DNA of 64,000 nucleotides from contig OY970194.1 in assembly GCA_963708075.1 (NCBI GenBank), positions 3,488,001 through 3,552,000 on the forward strand. The letters are read 5' to 3'. Position 1 is the stretch's first letter, and every line of letters starts with the position of its first letter. A program made the translations under genes and the position numbers. Below, piece by piece: positions 29,796 through 39,086 of this stretch. The notes beneath the pieces were generated by a model that ran no database searches, was not told the DNA's origin, and was given only the letters and a program-made list of their open reading frames with translations. The DNA comes from Sedimentisphaerales bacterium (lineage in GTDB: Bacteria; Planctomycetota; Phycisphaerae; Sedimentisphaerales; Anaerobacaceae).

Positions 29796-30290
29796 ATGAC
29801 GACGTGTGTGAGAAGATTGTCTGTGTCGGCGGTCGTGCTGGCCGCCGGTGTGCTGGTGTGTGGAGGGGCACTGTGGTGGCATTGGCGGAGAATGCCGGCG
29901 TTTCACTTCCTGCGTGGTCAGCAGCCCGTGTCTCACCAGCGGTACGCACACGGCCGCCTGGATACGTATTGCCTTGCGGGCGAATTCGAGAGTATTTGTG
30001 CCGAGATCAGCCGGGAACTGTCACGCGCCGGCTGTACCGATGTCAGTCCTCCGTTGGTCAGCAACTTTTATCGGGAATTCTCCCGGCCGGGGTTCAATCG
30101 AATCATCGTGCGCGTGCACCGCGGCATGTGCCAGGGAGTAAGTGAATCGATCATTACAATGGCCGGCGAGGGCAGTGTCGTGGTGGAGATCGGACGCAGT
30201 CGGCCCACCCTGTGGGAGTACGTGCTGGACCGGCTGCCCGACCGAACGACGCCGCCCAGCCCGGCGACGGAAATCAAGTCGCAACGATGA
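29796..30290 (+). CDS. Hypothetical protein with N-terminal TM anchor
   Basis: Hydrophobic N-terminus SAVVLAAGVLVCGGALWW; no recognised family. Confidence 0.55.
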   Translation: MTTCVRRLSVSAVVLAAGVLVCGGALWWHWRRMPAFHFLRGQQPVSHQRYAHGRLDTYCLAGEFESICAEISRELSRAGCTDVSPPLVSNFYREFSRPGFNRIIVRVHRGMCQGVSESIITMAGEGSVVVEIGRSRPTLWEYVLDRLPDRTTPPSPATEIKSQR

Positions 30291-30643
30291 ACGGTGGTCG
30301 GTAGGCGGCAGTCGGTTGTCGGTGGGGATTCACGCCGGGTACGTGTTTGGCGTCGAGCCTCCCAATCGCCGGGTGCCAGCGCCAAACTCGTTGGGTTCAC
30401 CCCACATTGTCGGGATTTGGGTGGCAGCGGCAAGAGGAGTCTTCGGGGCTTGCCGCTGCCACCCGGCACTGTGCCTGAAACTCGCCCAGACACCTCCAAA
30501 TGTTACGGGTTTTCCCTTGCTTTTCGATTGCGCCTGTGCGAGAATAATTGTCTGCAGGGCGGGATAAGCAGGAGGCCTTCTGCGGATTCTCGTCGGAGAT
30601 GAACTCACCGAGTGTGTCACGGGCAAATGGTCAGGAGCGGAGT

Positions 30644-31504
30644 ATGAGAAACGCGGCAATTATCGTCGTTCTGTGGATCAGTGGTCTGGCGGCAGCGGAG
30701 GAGGCGGTTTCCGACCTCAACGGCAAGGTGGGCTATGCCGGCGGAAGCATGGAGGGCGACTGGGGCAACAATGTGTCGGCCAGCGGCAGTCTCCCGGTGA
30801 CCTCGAACGTCGGCTTTCAGGCCGACTGGTTGTACACGGACGTTTCCGACCGCGAATTCCTGGGGTCGGCGGCCCATCTGTTCTGGCGTGACCCGCAGAA
30901 GGGCCTGCTGGGACTGGTGGGCGGCGGTGTCGATGAGGAGGACATCGATTCGCTCCGGGGCGGCGTCGAAGGGGAGTACTACCTTGAGCACTTCACCCTG
31001 ACAGCCACCGCCGGGGTCGCGAGCCTTGAATATGACGACGGGCCGTTCCCCTTCATCGACGATGACGTGACGGATTTCTTCGGCGGCGCGGGCATCCGGT
31101 ACTATCCCCTGGACAACCTGATGCTGTCCGTCTCCTACCTGCATGTCTTTGACAACGAGCTCGTGCTGGGCATGGCGGAATATCAGACCCCCATCCACGG
31201 TCTGAGCGTGTTCGCCCAGATCGCCGACGGCGAGCACGGCTACGACCACGCCCTGTTTGGCGTCCAATTTTACATCGGCCGGGCCAAGAGCCTCATCCAG
31301 CGCCATCGCTCGGACGATCCGCAGAACCTCGTCCCGGACATCCTCTATGGCATAGGCGTCTACGGCGCTGAGTTCAACGGACGAGCCAGGGAATACGCCG
31401 AAACACACCCGGGCGCACAGGGCAGCAGCGGCAACTACGGAGTGCACTTCTCGACCGGTAGCAATGTCTCCGAAGAGCCGCCGGAGGACTGGGAGGAACC
31501 GTGA
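30644..31504 (+). CDS. Secreted probable outer-membrane beta-barrel protein
   Basis: AGGAG RBS, signal peptide, alternating aromatic beta strands (GVEGEYYLEHFT, GIRYYPLDNL, GVQFYIG). Confidence 0.7.
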   Translation: MRNAAIIVVLWISGLAAAEEAVSDLNGKVGYAGGSMEGDWGNNVSASGSLPVTSNVGFQADWLYTDVSDREFLGSAAHLFWRDPQKGLLGLVGGGVDEEDIDSLRGGVEGEYYLEHFTLTATAGVASLEYDDGPFPFIDDDVTDFFGGAGIRYYPLDNLMLSVSYLHVFDNELVLGMAEYQTPIHGLSVFAQIADGEHGYDHALFGVQFYIGRAKSLIQRHRSDDPQNLVPDILYGIGVYGAEFNGRAREYAETHPGAQGSSGNYGVHFSTGSNVSEEPPEDWEEP

Positions 31505-31581
31505 CGACAGTCACCTGTGATTGCCAGCCCCGAATAGCGGTTCCCTTCTGCGTGGTTCGCGTATTTCGCGGTTTCCATATC

Positions 31582-33484
31582 TGCGTTGCTAACTCGCAAC
31601 AACTGAAAAAGATTTCCAGATCTTCATGCGGCGGCTTTGTTAAGTTGTTCTGTGGTGGCCTTTTGCGTTAGCGAGATGGTAGCGATGATTTTGGCTCCGT
31701 TCGCGGTCAGGCGATACTTGCGAGTCTTGGGCAGACGGCGGATGATCTTGTGCTCTCGCAATAGCCGCAGCAGATACGTCACCTTCGCCGAGACCTCCTT
31801 GGCAGGACGGTTTGGATAGAGACGGCCGGCAATATCCCGATTGCGGAAATCCCCGACCAGTCCACAGGTCGCCACCGCCGCCAGCAGTTGCTGGTCCGCC
31901 TCGGACCAGGGTCGCAGCGCCCGGATCGATTTGCCCCTGCGGATGTGACGCCGGCAGATGGGCGAGACCACTTCTTCCACTCGCTCACTGGTGTCGAGCT
32001 TGGCCAGGGCTTCGAGGTAGCGGTCATTGACTTGTTGCGAGACTTGACTGCGGGCGTATAAGTCCACGATGCCCTTGCTCATGGGCAGCATCCTCTTGGA
32101 ACCCTGGGGATCGCGTTCGGACCGGCGGTAGACACGAAAGGCCCGAGCGTTGTTGATCGTGCACTCCGTACGCAGGATCGAGCCGGCCTTGTCATAGACC
32201 TTGACGGAGTTGGCGTGTGCCTGGTGCTTGACCCGAATTCCTTCGGGACGATCCCGGTAACTGCTGATCACCTCCTCCTGGCAGTTGGGATACAGACGCT
32301 TGCCGAGGAACCGCAGCACATCCTTGCTGCCAAAGGCGATCATGGAGCCACGCACCAGTTGGGGATAGATACGGCCCAACGCCTTGGGATCATCAAAGGC
32401 GATATCCGTCGCCCATTCGGTTCTCATGACTGGTCCAGTAGTAGTGCAAAGGAAAACCGGCAAACATCGTCTCGTGGGCCGGATTGAGGAATCGTGCGAT
32501 GCGGCCGAACTGCCGGCACCAATCGGTGCGGTGCAGTTGGTCCATCAATGCCTGAGCCCGTGGAAAATCAGCCATCCAGGGAAAGCAGTTGTCACACCGC
32601 CGGTACGCCAGATGCTCTTGATCCATCCTCTTGGCCAGCCATTCGCGGCCGTTCATCCACATCTGAATGGCAAAGGGAAACCACGTTTGGATGCGGGCGC
32701 CCATGAACCCGAAGTAGGCATCGTACCAGTAATGGTACAGGTGCATGCACTTGCCTTGAAACAGCTCCAAATCCAGCGTCTTGGCCTGGCGATTCTTATG
32801 AAGCTTGTAGGTCATGCATGGCTCAATCGTACGCAGAATGCAAATCAGTCCCTCCCGGATGCCATCGCGGGCAGCGATGTCCAAAGCGACTTGTTCCTTA
32901 TTGGTTCGGCTGGAGTGCAGGTACACATTGGGTCGGCCGGCCTGTTCGGCCTTGGCCACAGAGGCCTGGATCAGTTGCGCCGTCTTGTCCAGGGCGTACT
33001 GCTTGAAGTCCTTCATGAGAATGCTGCGATACGCCAGGTAGGAACACATCCCCGCCAGGTTGGCCACCAGGCGAAGGGTCCCACGAAAAACGATGCGGTC
33101 CCAGCCGCTCAAAACCCCTATAATGTGCTTCTTGTGCTTCTCCATGAACGATTGCATGGCATCCTCCTTGAAAAAACAGGTTGTCAGGTACAGCAACCAG
33201 CATAGCAGGGATGGATGCCTTTTTCATTCCAGAGGCTTGTGATCATCCTTTTCCTTTTTGCCCTCGATAGGCTTGGGGCAAAAAGGAAAAGGGTGACCAT
33301 CGTGGACAACAAGCGGGGCCAGCAGCGTCCACGGAGTGTGAGCAAGAAAAATGACAGGCGAGTCACGAGGGCGGATTCAACATCGCCGAGGATCGCGACT
33401 CTCGCTGGCGGCCCAGACTCGTGACCGAGACCACGCCTGGCATGTTCTTGCCACACGCAGTAGCTGCGGTCGAACGAGAACGCA
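31582..33484 (-). mobile_element. Unclassified IS-like element (ends approximate)
   Basis: Single ~510-aa ORF, ~330-nt structured leader, short TGCGTT...AACGCA ends and terminal hairpins, embedded in repeat mosaics. Confidence 0.55.
31624..33157 (-). CDS. Putative transposase/Rep-like protein with C-terminal winged-helix-like region (apparent +1 frameshift at ~32422)
   Basis: AAGGAGG RBS; GVLSGWDRIVFRGTLR...HYYWTSH/ETEWATD...RPEGIRVKH...SVKVYDKAGSILRTECTIN...FRNRD...YLLRLLREHKIIRRLPKTRKYRLT. Confidence 0.7.
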
Positions 33485-33730
33485 CATGCGATACGCCTTT
33501 GGTTGCGGCCGAAGGCCGCGCCAAGTTCATCGGCGTTGATCTGCGGTTCCATTCTTCCTCTGCGGTGGACAATGAGAGTCCGCATGGGCTAAAGCCCATC
33601 CCACTGAACTGGATTCCCGCCTCCGCGGGAATGACAGGAGGGAATCGGTGGGGCGAGCCCCACCCTGCGAATGCTTTCCATCGAGCCATCCGACCTCGCA
33701 CTTCACCCCTGTCACTTGTCCCGTACCGCG

Positions 33731-33880
33731 TTTCCCTTGCCTGCTGCGCGGGTGCCCGGCATGATGATCGCGAGAGGCACATGTCTGGTGATGCTACGAC
33801 GAATGAGAGTCACGGCCCTTCGTGGGCCGGATAGATGTGGTGAGACCGAAATGTGTGGGATGGCCATGAAGGTGCGAGGG
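33731..33880 (+). repeat. 150-bp promoter/leader module, copy B
   Basis: Homologous to the reverse complement of 7608-7757; TTGCCT-N17-CATGAT. Confidence 0.8.
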
Positions 33881-34016
33881 GCAGGATAAAGGAGATGAGA
33901 GAAGCCGTAAATAGGTGACCGTCCCCGTTTTCCAGTCCCCGTTTTCCAGAGCGACACTACAAGATGATTCCCACCAACGCCGAAGCCCTCCGCCGAGGCG
34001 CCGCCTTCGCCCTCTG

Positions 34017-37000
34017 TCACGTGTAGCCCGCGACCCGTTCCGGATGCAGACGGACATACTCGTGCACTTTGCGGAGCTCCCGGCGCGGTATCAGTGCACA
34101 CATCCGCGGCAAGTCAAGATGGGATTCGGCGAGTCTCTGGTGATGATGCCGGTCCTTCGTACATCTCCACGCGGGCTTACCACCCCATTCGCCATACTCG
34201 ACAGGGGATCCACACCGCGCACAGATAATCACGCCACCTTGGGGGCCGGGCTGATCAATCTCACGCGTATAGCAGTAATCACGAACGCACCGCCAGAAGT
34301 ATGGTTCGTCTTCGCCCTCACAAGCAACGATCTCACTTTGACAAATGGGGCATACTGGAGAACCATTTGCATACTCCTGCAGAAGCTCGTGCAACCGCAG
34401 AGTCTTCTCATATTCCTCAACCACTCTCCTGCTGATCCAGCGTTCCATGTGCTCCTCGGTATTGCCGTAGCTCAGTGGGCTGAAGGAACCTCCCCAGACT
34501 ATCGTATCATCGATAAAAATGAGTTTTTCGTGCATCTTCTGTTTATGGATCACGACGACGCCCCACTGTTCGAGTGTTTTCTCAAGCAATTGGTAGTGCG
34601 CGACTTCCCTCTTGCCCCGGTCGGAGGAAGGCTTCGTTATGACATAGACCCGTGCGCCACGTTCCACAGCCGCCTTAAGCTGGGGCTCGAATAGTGATAG
34701 CCTGTTCTGCCTGAGAACAGGCGAATATATTACAATTCTTTGCCGTGCGAGGGCCACATCCTCACGAAGGTAACCATCGAACTCCTCTTCTGCAAATACG
34801 ATTCTCGCCTCGTGTGGGGTGATCTCTCCTCCAGAGACTCGGCGTTGCGCCCGTGCAGCTTTCGCAGCAAGGCCGCTCTTGACCACATCAAGTGCCGAGA
34901 CACTCTTGCAGCGTTCCTCGAGAAACGGTATCAGCCTGCCTCCAACAAACGCCCTCCTGCCCTTCTTCCGAATATAGGAGAAGTCACCTGCGATCAGCAG
35001 CCGACACCGTGCCCTGGTAATAGCTACATTCAGAAGCCGCTTCATGTCGCGATCGTGATCGGCCATGAACATGGCCGCCTCTTGTGGTTCATCGTCGACA
35101 AGGTCAACGATAACGACGTCGGCTTCGCAAGCTTGAAGGCTGTGCGCAGTACCGGCTCTCACCTCTGCGCTGAGTTTCTGTTCCTCAATCATTATTTGAA
35201 GCAGCCTCGTATGCTCGCTGTATGGTGACACAATCAGAATACGTGGTTCATTCCCCACGTCAGCCTGCTCTCGATGATCTCGCAATAGCTGTTCAGCAAT
35301 GTCGAGACACGCGGCCGCGGAAAGGAAGTTCAGTCGGCTTGATCCATGATTCTGTGGAACACCCGTCGCCCATGCATTCAGACTGCCGGTGTCAACCAAT
35401 AGTACGTGGCAATCGTACCGCCACGCAGGGTTGTACCATTCAGGGTCCCTGCCCTCTTGCACCTTGTCCGCATCCGCAAGCTCACCCTCGTAGATGAGAG
35501 TATTCACAACGGCACTTATATCCGGGTGCATTCGATACTGTTGTCTGAGATGGACGACGGAAGGACGGCCGCTGCAAATCCCGGCGGCCTCAAATATGTC
35601 GGTCCCCAACCATTTTCGGGCGAGCTCCTGCGTAGAGATCGCAACGGGCGGCAACTGCTCTGGATCCCCTGCGACCACGATGCTCGATGTAGCTGCACTC
35701 GCGGCTACCCAGAGGGCCGGGATCGGGGCCATTGAGGCCTCATCAATGATGATGGTGTCAAATGTCCGACCTTGAATCGCGTCTCGAAGGTATGCTCGTG
35801 TCAAGGTAGTTGCCACCACTCGTGCCGCTTCAATCACGAGCTGATCGACTCGCTTCAGGTCTTCTTCAATAGTGACCAGCTCCGTTTCGATTGTCTCGAT
35901 CTGCGCGTTAACGGCGCCGCGATCGGAGACAAGTGCCTCCAGTCCTTCGTCTTGGGTCATCTCGACCGCACGCCTATAAGCCGACTCCATTCGTGCCAGC
36001 ATTCCTTCGATGGAGTCTGCACCGTCTTGTGCAAGGCCAGGCTGATCCAGTTCACTCATGCGGGTCCGCAGGGAATCCTGCAGTCTCGCCGTGTTGCTCT
36101 GCAAATCGCGGCTCAGTTCCTCGATTTTTGCGGCGGTCTCCCGGACATGTGTGTCGTAAGCATGTACCCTTTGCAGGAGCTCTGCCGGTTCACACCAATA
36201 GGATAGCCGGAAATGCCGGACTTCTTCTGTCAGCACTCCCCGCTCCTCTTTGAATGCACGCAACTTCGCTTTGGCTTTATCGAGGGCGAGTCGCTGTTCT
36301 TCAACAGCATCCCCGACCGTTCGAATCCTCTCTGTTTGCTCTTTCGGATTGGGCAATCCTTGCCACCTCCTCACGAGCCAATTGACCGCGCATGTTTCTA
36401 CGAGCAGCGTCCTTGCTCGACAGAATTCGGCATCCATCTGTTCCACAGCCGCCGTACCCTGAGCTATCTCATGCTCCGCAGCGTGAATCACCTCGGCGAC
36501 TTGCGCGAGTTTTGACGTGTCCCTCTCACTCTGCTCGATATCCGCTCTGGCTTTCTCGTAGTACTGCGCCTGTGATTCAAGGCCCCGCAGTACGCCCCGC
36601 AGCTCCTCGATCTCGGTTTCGCGGCCGCGAAGATCATCCAATTCCCTCCGCGCCTGTTCCATGTCGGTTACAGCAAGGCATACCCACTCATGGAGTTCGA
36701 TCTTCTTGCAGAGGGCCTTCACTTTCTCTATGCACTGCTCCTGTACATGGTGCAGGCCCGTCCGTCGATCCGCAAGCGCATGGGAACGTCTTTCGGCATG
36801 AGTACTCAGCAGCAGGTCCGGGTGCCGCTCTTTCAACCGGATGTCCCTGGGATCGCCGACTCTGATCACAAGGCCCTGCCGACGCGGCTCATCATCAAGA
36901 TACGCATTCATTTCCAGCAGCGCCCGGTCAACCGCCGCATTTGTGTGAGAGACGATCAGTACCGAGCGATCGGAGCGCAGCAACGCGGTTGCGATAGCGC

Positions 37001-37625
37001 CAATCGTCTTGCTCTTGCCTGTGCCGGGAGGCCCCTGAATGAACGTCGCGTGGAATCCCAAGCTCGCTGCAAGAGCCCTGTTTTGTTCCGGGTTCAGGCC
37101 ATAGGGCTTCTCATCGACCCATGCGGGAGAACCATGCACATCCGCGTCAAGCAGCCTGTCACCAACAACGTTCGGCAAGTCAGCCTTCGTCTCAATACGC
37201 TCAATGAGCTTTCGCATGAGGAGCGTCAAGTCGCTGTGCAGGCGAGCGCAAGGAACGGTGAGCCCAAGGTCCTCCGGCACACTCAGCGTGATCGCCATGC
37301 CGTCGACCGCCACCACGGAGACCTCAAGAGGCTCTCGATCCGGCAGTAAGAGGTCACCCGGAGCATCGCCGGGAAGGTTCAGTGCGTTCTCTAATTCGAA
37401 GACATAGTGAACACTTCCAGCAACCAGCCCGATGCGTCTCCCATGGACAAGGCCCACAGCAAAACTCTCTGCGTAGCGTCTGGCAGCCTCTATCTCCTGT
37501 CGCAATGCGGATCGGAATTCGGCCAGTCTCCCGGTGAGAGCTACCTCCGCATTCGGGCATGATTCGGCCACGGCCGGCGAGATTCCCTTTTCTCTCGGTT
37601 CAGGCAGCAAACGAAACGGACACAT
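34017..37625 (-). CDS. SF1 (Upf1/DNA2-like) helicase with coiled-coil insert, C-terminal PLD-like domain and zinc ribbons
   Basis: QGPPGTGKS, IIDEASM, GDPEQLPP, QYRMHPDI, LNVAITRAR; HEKLIFIDD; CPIC and CARC; GGAGG before ATG 37625. Confidence 0.88.
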   Translation of the reverse strand: MCPFRLLPEPREKGISPAVAESCPNAEVALTGRLAEFRSALRQEIEAARRYAESFAVGLVHGRRIGLVAGSVHYVFELENALNLPGDAPGDLLLPDREPLEVSVVAVDGMAITLSVPEDLGLTVPCARLHSDLTLLMRKLIERIETKADLPNVVGDRLLDADVHGSPAWVDEKPYGLNPEQNRALAASLGFHATFIQGPPGTGKSKTIGAIATALLRSDRSVLIVSHTNAAVDRALLEMNAYLDDEPRRQGLVIRVGDPRDIRLKERHPDLLLSTHAERRSHALADRRTGLHHVQEQCIEKVKALCKKIELHEWVCLAVTDMEQARRELDDLRGRETEIEELRGVLRGLESQAQYYEKARADIEQSERDTSKLAQVAEVIHAAEHEIAQGTAAVEQMDAEFCRARTLLVETCAVNWLVRRWQGLPNPKEQTERIRTVGDAVEEQRLALDKAKAKLRAFKEERGVLTEEVRHFRLSYWCEPAELLQRVHAYDTHVRETAAKIEELSRDLQSNTARLQDSLRTRMSELDQPGLAQDGADSIEGMLARMESAYRRAVEMTQDEGLEALVSDRGAVNAQIETIETELVTIEEDLKRVDQLVIEAARVVATTLTRAYLRDAIQGRTFDTIIIDEASMAPIPALWVAASAATSSIVVAGDPEQLPPVAISTQELARKWLGTDIFEAAGICSGRPSVVHLRQQYRMHPDISAVVNTLIYEGELADADKVQEGRDPEWYNPAWRYDCHVLLVDTGSLNAWATGVPQNHGSSRLNFLSAAACLDIAEQLLRDHREQADVGNEPRILIVSPYSEHTRLLQIMIEEQKLSAEVRAGTAHSLQACEADVVIVDLVDDEPQEAAMFMADHDRDMKRLLNVAITRARCRLLIAGDFSYIRKKGRRAFVGGRLIPFLEERCKSVSALDVVKSGLAAKAARAQRRVSGGEITPHEARIVFAEEEFDGYLREDVALARQRIVIYSPVLRQNRLSLFEPQLKAAVERGARVYVITKPSSDRGKREVAHYQLLEKTLEQWGVVVIHKQKMHEKLIFIDDTIVWGGSFSPLSYGNTEEHMERWISRRVVEEYEKTLRLHELLQEYANGSPVCPICQSEIVACEGEDEPYFWRCVRDYCYTREIDQPGPQGGVIICARCGSPVEYGEWGGKPAWRCTKDRHHHQRLAESHLDLPRMCALIPRRELRKVHEYVRLHPERVAGYT

Positions 37626-37863
37626 CCTATCCTCCACCATGCATGGCACCTTGGCACGAGATGACAGCAGGGCCCTTTCACCTGCCGATTCCGCCCCCGA
37701 CGTGGGCCCCCTTGTTGCATGCCTATTCCCACGCAGGTCAGTTGTCTGCGGTCACCGCGGCCCGTGGCGGATCAGTACGTGATCGTCCCAATGCCCGAAA
37801 AGCTCTCCGTGATTGTCAGCAAAGGCCACACGAGATTCGTGGCGGTCCTCAGTATCGATGGGA

Positions 37864-38538
37864 TTACGCTACGTCGCGTCTCAGGCGCCAGCCGGCGACA
37901 CCCAGACCAAGCGCACCGAGCAGGACTGCACCGGGCAGCGGTACAGCAGCGACCTCAAATCGCATATTCGGTCCATCGAAGAAGTCCGGTGCAGTCGGGC
38001 CATATGTATCTGTCGGCCACGTGGGGGCCGAGGCCGTGCCTGTCGCGGTCCAAACCGACTGGACGAACTCTACGACATCGCCGTTGAACACAGGTCCAGG
38101 ACCGCCGACATTACTGTTGTGCTCCTGATTGGCGGCGTCCCAGCCATACCCGACGAGGGTGTATTGTCCGACCGCCAGGTCGAGCGGGCTGATCGACTTA
38201 AACCAGTAATTGCTCGCGGCATCGAACGCGCCCGGGTTGGCAGCCGTGAAGGTCTGGGAGGCGATCACGTTTTGCTCCGCGTCGAACAGCACGGTCGTGA
38301 GGAGCGCATTTGCACCCAGGATGCCATTGGCCTCACTGTCGTAGATGCCAAGTTCCAAGACGGTGACGGTCGGGGCGGTGACGTCGAATGTCCACCCCAC
38401 GCCGCCCCAGGTTTGGTTCCCCACGGTAGTCCGGGCCGTATGCATGGCCACAAGATCGGCGTTTACCGAACCCGCGGCCAGGAGCACGGTCACTACCGCG
38501 GCGAACACTGCTGATGCCCACTTAGCTGTTCTCTTCAT
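37864..38538 (-). CDS. PEP-CTERM-like (VPLPGA) sorted surface protein
   Basis: Signal peptide; C-terminus AVPLPGAVLLGALGLGVAGWRLRR. Confidence 0.85.
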   Translation of the reverse strand: MKRTAKWASAVFAAVVTVLLAAGSVNADLVAMHTARTTVGNQTWGGVGWTFDVTAPTVTVLELGIYDSEANGILGANALLTTVLFDAEQNVIASQTFTAANPGAFDAASNYWFKSISPLDLAVGQYTLVGYGWDAANQEHNSNVGGPGPVFNGDVVEFVQSVWTATGTASAPTWPTDTYGPTAPDFFDGPNMRFEVAAVPLPGAVLLGALGLGVAGWRLRRDVA

Positions 38539-38825
38539 CCCATTCCTCCATTTTGTCCCCCATACCCTCAATGTGCCCAACGGGCCTGCATTTATGGACA
38601 CGCTTCATCCAATAGCAGACCGCGGCCCGCTCTGTATTCTGCGCCGCCGCCAGTCAACCTCTGCTTCGTCCGTGAGAATAGAGAACTCCCTGAGTTGCGA
38701 AGGAGACGCCTCCTTACAGTCTCTCATCACTCTCTACGTTTGATTTTACCAGAAGCACCTTTCGCGTGTCAATAGACAGGGCTACATGTTCTTTCGGAGC
38801 GTGCAGGAATTTCGGGGACAGCATG

Positions 38826-38926
38826 GAATGGCGGTCCCTTAAGGCGATCCTTGCCAGGCTGATCCGCGTTTTCAGGGCAGAAACACCGATTTCGGACAGG
38901 CCCATCCGCTTGACGGACCGCCATTC
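38826..38926. repeat. 101-bp MITE-like element, copy 2 (inverted)
   Basis: GAATGGCGGTCC...GGACCGCCATTC; homologous to 11839-11939. Confidence 0.8.
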
Positions 38927-39086
38927 GGGACAGCAGGCTAATCAGTAAGATGTTCCTGAAATCAGCCATCCGGCGAACGTGTGTACTCAAGTACGCCGGA
39001 GCACTGTTCGATATATACAGATCCGGGAACGTCGTTTTCTGGCGGAGCCAAGCTGAGATAGAAGACCACTGAAGGAAGGTACTATC

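Noticed and set aside
33158..33485. Group II intron (GTGCG at the leader 5' end plus heavy structure)
   Set aside because: ORF has no reverse transcriptase (YADD) motifs and I see no domain V/VI after it
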